From a virus (taxonomy: Duplodnaviria; Heunggongvirae; Uroviricota; Caudoviricetes): a stretch of 25,651 bases of DNA. The notes under the pieces are model-generated. The model ran no database searches and was not told the origin of the DNA. It was given only the letters and a program-made list of their open reading frames with translations. The stretch covers positions 1-25,651 of IMG/VR virus record IMGVR_UViG_3300048090_000069. One strand, given 5' to 3'. This document shows positions 7,364 through 12,967 of this stretch, in pieces (positions within the stretch are counted from its first letter, which is position 1; every line of letters begins with the position of its first letter). The translations under genes were made by a program, and so were the position numbers.

Positions 7364-8653
7364 TCATTCAGAAATTGCTTCCAAATCTTCCATATCTGCT
7401 GCCTCTGCAAGACCTTCCATGCACCTGAAGAAGTAAGCCTTCGATTTCAGGAAATACGGATTTTGTTTCCCCGTATCTACACGAACAATAATACCTTCCC
7501 CCGGATGAGATGGATCAAGATAGTCTGCACCAAGTACATCAGGACGTTCAGTGAGTGCTTCTACCTTTGCCAGCAACTTATCCAAATCCCCATCATAAAT
7601 TTCAGATTCAGCAACATGCAGAGGGGCATTCAATCCACGTTCTTCACACCACTGTTGAATCTGTGCAGGAGACATATCAATGTTCTTCCCGTCTTGTGTC
7701 AATTGAGTGATGCGATAAACAAAGAAATAATTTTCATGTTCTGCACAGTTATACTTATAAACAATGTTCTCTCCATATTTCTTCTGGAAAGCTTTGTCTT
7801 TGGTTGATTTGCCAGAGTGGGTTGCCATAATAGGCTTACCATTCGCATAGCCAGCAATCTCCCCGTAAATGGTCATACCCTCAGTCATAAAGGGTTTCAG
7901 CATTTCCATAACATCAAAGCGGAATTGCTCACTGCCGTGAAAACCCTCTTTACCTTCTGTCAGGATGACATTACGAGTACCTACAATGTGCTTCCATTCC
8001 TCTTGTTTGAAGAATGGATAAACTTTATTTACAATCTGCTTCCATTTCGGCAGAGTGTGTACCACTTTAGTCAGGCCAGAACGATGAGAAGTACCATGAA
8101 TCTTAGCTGTGAAAGACAGCATAGCACCTACAGGAATCATAGCTGCATTGTGCTTAAATTGAGCACTGTCTACGTGTTTCTCAAAGTATGGCAAATCAAT
8201 CAGACGTTTCTTTTTCTTCGGTTGACGTTCCAGAGCTTCACGAGTGGCTTTAGAGATGTATTTCTGGCAGATTTGTTTGCCATTTACAGTGTCAAAGCTA
8301 TATCCAATGTCACTCACTTCATTGTAATTACCTACGTAAGACAGGCTTTCAAGAGAAGTGAAATAAGCCTGAGACTTCACCTTCAGAAATGGTTGCACAC
8401 GTACACGACGATTCTCTTCAAAGAAGCCAGTTTTGGTGTTGTCTTTGTTGTTCAGTGCTTGACGGAACAGGTTGTTCTCACGGCAGTATTCTTCAGACAG
8501 TTGAGTATCAGCAGGGAACAGGATACCCACATAACCCACACCAACATCCTTGCTCACAATGCAATTTTCACCAAGTACAACAGCCACATGAATCTTGTCT
8601 GCGCCCGGAATCTCCTGTACAGACGTTACCTTTGCTACGATAGCTTTAGACAT
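7364..8653 (-). CDS. ATP-dependent RNA ligase (Rnl2-related, DRB0094-like with N-terminal module)
   Basis: motif I KIHGTS, IYGEIAG, FFVYRI, GEGIIVR, FLKSK; N-terminal IPGADKI module; AGGAGG RBS. Confidence 0.88.
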   Translation of the reverse strand: MSKAIVAKVTSVQEIPGADKIHVAVVLGENCIVSKDVGVGYVGILFPADTQLSEEYCRENNLFRQALNNKDNTKTGFFEENRRVRVQPFLKVKSQAYFTSLESLSYVGNYNEVSDIGYSFDTVNGKQICQKYISKATREALERQPKKKKRLIDLPYFEKHVDSAQFKHNAAMIPVGAMLSFTAKIHGTSHRSGLTKVVHTLPKWKQIVNKVYPFFKQEEWKHIVGTRNVILTEGKEGFHGSEQFRFDVMEMLKPFMTEGMTIYGEIAGYANGKPIMATHSGKSTKDKAFQKKYGENIVYKYNCAEHENYFFVYRITQLTQDGKNIDMSPAQIQQWCEERGLNAPLHVAESEIYDGDLDKLLAKVEALTERPDVLGADYLDPSHPGEGIIVRVDTGKQNPYFLKSKAYFFRCMEGLAEAADMEDLEAISE

Positions 8654-8683
8654 CTTTTCCTCCTAGAATTAGTCAATGAAGCT

Positions 8684-8712
8684 ACTTTAGCACAACATCC
8701 TACAAAGTGCAA
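8684..8712 (-). promoter_or_regulatory. sigma70 promoter of the RNA-repair operon
   Basis: TTGCAC-17 bp-TAAAGT with extended TG. Confidence 0.75.
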
Positions 8713-8716
8713 GCAC

Positions 8717-8751
8717 AAAAAAAAAAGCCCCACACATCTCTGTGCAGGGCT
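8717..8751 (-). terminator. intrinsic terminator of the phoH-protease operon
   Basis: AGCCCTGCACA-GAGA-TGTGTGGGGCT followed by a long T run. Confidence 0.92.
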
Positions 8752-8755
8752 GTTG

Positions 8756-9448
8756 TCATTCTTCTTTTCCAATGTCTTTCAGGAGGTCAATAACCTCCGC
8801 AGCGGTAGGAGGCTTCTCCCTCTTCTTACGGGCAGGTTTCTTAGCTTTTTCCTCTACAGGCTGTTCTTCTTCTTGTTTCTGTAGCTTCTCTGCACGAACC
8901 TTCAAACGCTCATACACTTCTTCAGGAGTGAGCCAGATTTCTTGTCCGTTGAACACACGTTCAAACTCAGGCTCTGTCAGGAAATCACTGTAGACATCTC
9001 TTGCCAAACCCTTTATACTCTTTACATAGTGGGTTGTAGAGGCTTCCATGTTTCCAGAGTGACCACCATAGCCCCAAGAGGCTGTATGAATCATGAAGGA
9101 AAGATGCTTGTTCATTGTTACCATGTGAGCTTTAAGAACAATGAATGTTGCAGCAGAAGCAACATCACTATCTACGTGTACGTGTACAAAAGCTTCTGTG
9201 TTCTCCAGTGCAGAGATTAGAGGGATGACAGAGGCAACACTACCACCGGGAGAAGTGAGTCTAATTTGTACTAAATCGTTCTCTGTTGCTTGCTCTAGAA
9301 TGTTTACAAGTTGGGAAAACTGAGATACATGGACAAATTCTTCATCAATGTCCACTTCGTAACGTTGTGCGACAGGGGTAGATGCCACTTCAAAAGGTTT
9401 GGGGTCTTGCTGGAACAACTTCATAATATCTTGCTTTGGTCTGTTCAT
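8756..9448 (-). CDS. ClpP-like (S14 family) serine protease
   Basis: LTSPGGSV, VASAATFI (catalytic Ser), FMIHTASWG (His), EIWLTPEE. Confidence 0.85.
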   Translation of the reverse strand: MNRPKQDIMKLFQQDPKPFEVASTPVAQRYEVDIDEEFVHVSQFSQLVNILEQATENDLVQIRLTSPGGSVASVIPLISALENTEAFVHVHVDSDVASAATFIVLKAHMVTMNKHLSFMIHTASWGYGGHSGNMEASTTHYVKSIKGLARDVYSDFLTEPEFERVFNGQEIWLTPEEVYERLKVRAEKLQKQEEEQPVEEKAKKPARKKREKPPTAAEVIDLLKDIGKEE

Positions 9449-9458
9449 AGTTGCTCCT

Positions 9459-10241
9459 TCAGTTGTGATGATACATTTTCACAAAGCTCTTGCACAAACC
9501 AGAACGAACAACGTCTTGCATGGTGTAGTTCACCACTCCAATATTGCTTTCTAATTCATCCAAATCTTCATCTGTCATGTATTCAGGTTCATCGTTGATG
9601 GTTTTTACAATCAAATCTACAGTTTTCATGAGTCCACTGTTGAACTTCAAATCTGTTTGTTTTTGATCCCCTGTGAAGATGATTTGGCAATTATCTCCTA
9701 TACGGGAAAGGGTCATTTCTAGTTCATCTTCTGTGAGATTTTGGCTTTCTTCACAAATTACAATGGCATTAGAGATACTAAGACCACGAAGGTGTTCCAT
9801 GGATTGCATACGGACAATACCTTTATCCAGAGCATATTTCATGAAACCTTTACCCATAAAGAAAGAAAGATGGGAAAGTGTTTGTGTGAAGAAAACTGCT
9901 AATTTTTCTTCTAGGGTGCCGGGTAGCATACCAAGGGATTTTCCTGCGGAGACATTTGGACGAAGCAGAATGATTTGTTCTACTTGTTTCTTTCTAAGTT
10001 GTTCAGCAGCATGGTAAGCTGCCAAGAAACTTTTCCCACTACCTGCTGCACCAATAGCAAAGATGACTTTTCTTCCTTCTTGCTGGTATTTCAACTGCAT
10101 AGCTTGATTTTTTGTTTGTGCTGTTAGTTTCTGTGCTACTGTTTGTGAGGGAACAACTTCCTGAAACTTCTCTTTGTGTACAGGAGGAAGTTCTTGTTCG
10201 ATTTTCTTTTTACGGGTATGTCGTGCTGCTTGTCTGGACAT
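9459..10241 (-). CDS. phoH: PhoH-family ATPase
   Basis: GAAGSGKS, IILLRP, GMLPGTLEEK, MEHLRG, EESQN, FTGDQKQTD, VVRSGL motifs. Confidence 0.95.
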   Translation of the reverse strand: MSRQAARHTRKKKIEQELPPVHKEKFQEVVPSQTVAQKLTAQTKNQAMQLKYQQEGRKVIFAIGAAGSGKSFLAAYHAAEQLRKKQVEQIILLRPNVSAGKSLGMLPGTLEEKLAVFFTQTLSHLSFFMGKGFMKYALDKGIVRMQSMEHLRGLSISNAIVICEESQNLTEDELEMTLSRIGDNCQIIFTGDQKQTDLKFNSGLMKTVDLIVKTINDEPEYMTDEDLDELESNIGVVNYTMQDVVRSGLCKSFVKMYHHN

Positions 10242-10261
10242 TAATTAGTACCTCACAGAAT

Positions 10262-10302
10262 GTTAAAAAGGATATCCCAATATTACACTGAGATATCCTT
10301 TT
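10262..10302 (-). terminator. intrinsic terminator of the upstream small-gene operon
   Basis: AAAAGGATATC(10266-10276)/GATATCCTTTT(10292-10302) inverted repeat; about 13-bp RNA stem plus T tract on the minus strand. Confidence 0.8.
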
Positions 10303-10308
10303 AGTCAA
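10280..10308 (-). promoter_or_regulatory. sigma70 promoter of phoH, nested in the terminator
   Basis: TTGACT-17 bp-TAATAT with extended TG. Confidence 0.75.
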
Positions 10309-10309
10309 A

Positions 10310-10507
10310 TTACATCGGCCCAAGCCATGTTACTTCTTGAGGAAGTATTTCAAATAATTCTTCATCATCTTCTAGAACAATTTGAAATCCCTGAGTACCA
10401 TGTTGCCAAAATGACTTGATGTGATAGAAACGGTTATTATACAAAACAACAACACCCTTTCTCAATTCATGAATAGGGACAGAGCCATTTTCAAATTTAA
10501 CGTTCAT
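10310..10507 (-). CDS. hypothetical protein
   Basis: 65-aa ORF, TAATG overlap with the upstream gene. Confidence 0.7.
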   Translation of the reverse strand: MNVKFENGSVPIHELRKGVVVLYNNRFYHIKSFWQHGTQGFQIVLEDDEELFEILPQEVTWLGPM

Positions 10508-10743
10508 TATTTAGCCCTAGCTGGACGCCCTTGTTTCTTTGCCTCTGTAGGAGCAGATTCAATAGGTGTTTCTTCTACAACAGCTTCATCTTCCCCACGT
10601 TCTACATTCACCACATACAAACCTCCAAAAAAGTTTACAGGGTGTTGCTCACTGATGCGCCAGCCATCTAGAATAGCCTCTTGCAGCATGAAACCAAATA
10701 CAACAATACTCGGCTCTACCATCTCTTTAATTTCTTTACTCAT
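10507..10743 (-). CDS. hypothetical protein
   Basis: AAGGAG RBS; ATG at 10743. Confidence 0.75.
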   Translation of the reverse strand: MSKEIKEMVEPSIVVFGFMLQEAILDGWRISEQHPVNFFGGLYVVNVERGEDEAVVEETPIESAPTEAKKQGRPARAK

Positions 10744-10858
10744 TGTCAACTCCTTCAGTTAGGTTGTTAATCTCATCCACAGAATACTCTTCTATACCCT
10801 GTTCAAAATATTCATATTTAGTTACAAAACTGTCAACATCAAAATACTCTTCGGTCAC
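10736..10858 (-). CDS. highly acidic 40-aa protein (absent from ORF track)
   Basis: AAGGAGG RBS, GTG start; MTEEYFDVDSFVTKYEYFEQGIEEYSVDEINNLTEGVDNE*; overlaps the next ATG. Confidence 0.7.
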   Translation of the reverse strand: MTEEYFDVDSFVTKYEYFEQGIEEYSVDEINNLTEGVDNE

Positions 10859-10890
10859 ACTTTACCCTCCTTGTTTGTAACATAAAACCT

Positions 10891-10919
10891 ATCTTACACC
10901 ATGTAAAAGTTTCTGTCAA
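10891..10919 (-). promoter_or_regulatory. leftward sigma70 promoter
   Basis: TTGACA-17 bp-TAAGAT with extended TG. Confidence 0.85.
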
Positions 10920-10928
10920 TATGGAAAA

Positions 10929-10957
10929 TTGACAACAAACAACATTTGTGCTACTAT
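10929..10957 (+). promoter_or_regulatory. rightward sigma70 promoter (divergent pair)
   Basis: TTGACA-17 bp-TACTAT with extended TG. Confidence 0.85.
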
Positions 10958-10982
10958 TAAGCTTATTTGGAGGCATTCTAGC

Positions 10983-11468
10983 ATGGAAGAAGAGAAAGAT
11001 ACAAGCACAGAAATAGTGGTTGTAGAGGAGTCAACAAACGTTGTAAAAAGAGGCCCGTACAAGAAAACTAGGAAAGCTAACACATTCCTAAAACCTAAAG
11101 GGCATGACTTAGACAAGGCAATCAAACAATCTGGACGATATCTACAAACAGCTTTGGAGACTCTTGTACACATCTCTGTAGACAAAAACGCTGCTGACAA
11201 GGATCGTAGGATGGCGGCTGAAGCTATTCTAACCCTACACACAAAAATGGTTGATCAAAGAGACAAGGATGAAATTATCCGTCTAGAGAAGGAAGTAGTG
11301 TTGCTGAAGCTTGTAGGTGCGGGAACTACTACACCAGAGGGTGAAGAAGAGGAAGAAGAGGATGACACCCCTATTGTAGATTTTGACAATGTGCATGAAG
11401 ATTTTCGGGATCAACCTGTGATTGATGTGCAGATGACAGAACAAATAGTTGACAAAGAAGAAGATTGA
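10983..11468 (+). CDS. putative terminase small subunit
   Basis: GGAGG RBS, ATG 10983; helical core with acidic tail; last sizeable non-nuclease gene before terL. Function inferred from position only. Confidence 0.5.
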   Translation: MEEEKDTSTEIVVVEESTNVVKRGPYKKTRKANTFLKPKGHDLDKAIKQSGRYLQTALETLVHISVDKNAADKDRRMAAEAILTLHTKMVDQRDKDEIIRLEKEVVLLKLVGAGTTTPEGEEEEEEDDTPIVDFDNVHEDFRDQPVIDVQMTEQIVDKEED

Positions 11469-11486
11469 GTATACAATACACATATT

Positions 11487-11510
11487 GAAGCTTCCAAAGA
11501 GGCTTCTTTC
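11487..11510 (+). terminator. terminator-like hairpin after the putative terS
   Basis: GAAGCTTC-CAAA-GAGGCTTC followed by TTTC. Confidence 0.45.
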
Positions 11511-11593
11511 CTGAATCTTCTCCTAAAACGGGCTACGTCCCCTCCTACGGAAGCACGAAGAGGTTGTAGAGGATTCTTCAGGAAAGAATAAAT

Positions 11594-11678
11594 GGGCTTA
11601 TGGTGGAATAGCTAGACACGCCGGATTTAGGTTCCGGTGCAGAAATGCGTCCGAGTTGGAGTCTCGGTAAGCCTACCA
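11594..11678 (+). tRNA. tRNA-Leu(UAG), C19-G56 variant
   Basis: GGGCTTA/TAAGCCT acceptor, CCGGA-TT TAG GT-TCCGG, long variable arm, T-loop TTGGAGT, encoded CCA. Confidence 0.93.
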
Positions 11679-11686
11679 AAATAAAA

Positions 11687-12160
11687 ATGATTCAATGTAT
11701 GAAAAGAAAATACAATAAGATAACTGATGAAGAATTAACTATTGCAGTAGAGAATAGTGAGTCAATAGCAGGAGTACTTAGATACTTAGGAATTAGAGAG
11801 ACAGGTGGCTCTCACAGTCACTATAGCAGAAGGATTAAAAAACTAGGTCTAGATACACAACATTTCACAGGTCAATTGTGGAATAAAGGTAAGAAATTTT
11901 CAAAGAAAAAATTTAGTGAAATCTTAATTAAAAGAGACTGTGGGTTAAGACAGAAAGGTAGTGTATTGACTAGGTGTTTAATTGAGATTGGTAGAAAACA
12001 CGAATGTGAAAAGTGTTCTCAAATCCCTGTGTGGCACGATTTTCCATTAACTTTAGATGTAGATCATATTAATGAAGATTGGTTAGACGATAGGGAGGAA
12101 AATCTAAGATTTCTTTGTCCAAATTGCCATAGTCAGCTATCCAGAGGATTATTAAATTAG
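11687..12160 (+). CDS. HNH endonuclease inserted in the tRNA cluster
   Basis: CEKC...LDVDHIN...NLRFLCPNCHSQ; track start (11645) lies inside tRNA-Leu, so the start is ATG 11687 or 11699. Confidence 0.88.
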   Translation: MIQCMKRKYNKITDEELTIAVENSESIAGVLRYLGIRETGGSHSHYSRRIKKLGLDTQHFTGQLWNKGKKFSKKKFSEILIKRDCGLRQKGSVLTRCLIEIGRKHECEKCSQIPVWHDFPLTLDVDHINEDWLDDREENLRFLCPNCHSQLSRGLLN

Positions 12161-12245
12161 GGGCGAGTGGTGGAACTGCGATACACTCGTGACTTAAAAT
12201 CACGCGCCGAAAGGATTGAGGGTTGGAATCCCTCCTCGCCCACCA
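12161..12245 (+). tRNA. tRNA-Leu(UAA), C19-G56 variant
   Basis: GGGCGAG/CTCGCCC acceptor, CGTGA-CT TAA AA-TCACG, T-loop TTGGAAT, CCA. Confidence 0.93.
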
Positions 12246-12246
12246 A

Positions 12247-12322
12247 GCTACTTTAGCTCAGTTGCTAGAGCGCTTCACTTGTAATGAAGATGTCAGGGGT
12301 TGGAATCCTCTAAGTAGCACCA
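12247..12322 (+). tRNA. tRNA-Thr(UGU), C19-G56 variant
   Basis: 76 nt; GCTACTT/AAGTAGC acceptor, CTTCA-CT TGT AA-TGAAG, D-loop AGTTGCTA, T-loop TTGGAAT, CCA. Confidence 0.94.
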
Positions 12323-12327
12323 AACAT

Positions 12328-12402
12328 TGTCTAGTAGCTCAATGGTAGAGCAAGTGACTGTTAATCACTAGGTTATTGGTTCGATGCCAGTCTAGACAGC
12401 CA
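12328..12402 (+). tRNA. tRNA-Asn(GUU)
   Basis: TGTCTAG/CTAGACA acceptor, AGTGA-CT GTT AA-TCACT, canonical GG and TTCG, G73, CCA. Confidence 0.93.
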
Positions 12403-12408
12403 AACAAC

Positions 12409-12484
12409 GCGGGTATAACTCAGTAGGTAGAGTGTCAGCCTTCCAAGCTGTTCGTCGCAGGTTCGATTCCTGTTGCCCGCTCCA
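12409..12484 (+). tRNA. tRNA-Gly(UCC)
   Basis: GCGGGTA/TGCCCGC acceptor, CT TCC AA loop, canonical GG and TTCG, U73, CCA. Confidence 0.94.
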
Positions 12485-12618
12485 AAATCGCCCTTAGAGG
12501 TCAGTAGCACAGAAATGGAAAGACGTTTCCTGAAGTCTTCGGAGGGCAAACCTCTGTGGTGTTATCTTCGCGGATACATCTGTCAAGTTTGACACGGAGC
12601 ATCAAACAAAGGAGAACT

Positions 12619-12777
12619 ATGAGTACATATCACGAAGAAGCAGGGAAAGGCTCTCATCGTCGTACAGAAGACCGTGAAGCAATCAAGTCTAATTGGGACA
12701 AAATTGATTGGTCTAAGAAAGAAAACAAAGATTCTGGTTGCAGCACTACACCGGAAGATGTCCCTGTTGGGGATTAA
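12619..12777 (+). CDS. small hypothetical protein, 52 aa
   Basis: AAGGAGA RBS, ATG 12619; GKGSHRR...NWDKIDW. Confidence 0.7.
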   Translation: MSTYHEEAGKGSHRRTEDREAIKSNWDKIDWSKKENKDSGCSTTPEDVPVGD

Positions 12778-12780
12778 TAG

Positions 12781-12868
12781 TCACCGTGGACTTTAACACG
12801 TAATTGTTGTGGTGAGGGGATTCACTCTTGGAGTCTCATGTCAGATAGCAGGTTAGCGTGGCTTCTGA
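12781..12868 (+). ncRNA. three-hairpin structured RNA, possibly C4-antisense-like
   Basis: TCACC/GGTGA, GGGATTC/GAGTCTC and GTCAGA/TCTGAC stems; last loop AGGTTAGCGTG. Confidence 0.35.
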
Positions 12869-12879
12869 CTTCATTTTTA

Positions 12880-12903
12880 GAAACCGTCCTAGAGGCGGTT
12901 TTT
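12880..12903 (+). terminator. intrinsic terminator after the tRNA cluster
   Basis: AAACCGTC-CTAGA-GGCGGTTT followed by TTT. Confidence 0.75.
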
Positions 12904-12967
12904 GTCGTTTGCGTGGCGAACAGGGTAGCTCCCCTTGAAAGAGTTGAATCTTTGATGGAGGATATTA

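Noticed and set aside
8717-8726. 10-nt homopolymer as a phase-variation tract
   Set aside because: It is the U tract of a strong intergenic terminator.
7817-8884. 355-aa + strand ORF antisense to the RNA ligase
   Set aside because: No RBS or promoter, runs across a minus-strand terminator and promoter, and has non-protein-like composition. It is a shadow of the ligase frame; the other antisense ORFs in the track were rejected likewise.
11645-11686. N-terminal extension of the tRNA-cluster HNH ORF
   Set aside because: It lies inside tRNA-Leu(UAG). Track starts at 4787, 5921, 6141, 7367, 10929, 12556, 14503 and 23135 were similarly shortened to RBS-supported starts.
11594-12322. Interpreting the TTGG T-loop tRNAs as pseudogenes
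   Set aside because: All stems, anticodon loops, U8, A14, G18, A58 and CCA are intact, and each G56 is matched by C19.
12485-12560. tRNA-associated HDV-like (theta) ribozyme after tRNA-Gly
   Set aside because: A P1/P2-like crossing and a GCAAA linker exist, but no P3/L3 with the CC needed for P1.1 and no GG after the P1 3' strand could be placed.
12543-12600. c-di-GMP-I riboswitch suggested by GGGCAAACC
   Set aside because: The GNRA-capped P2 and the downstream GGGACGCAAAG-type element are absent.
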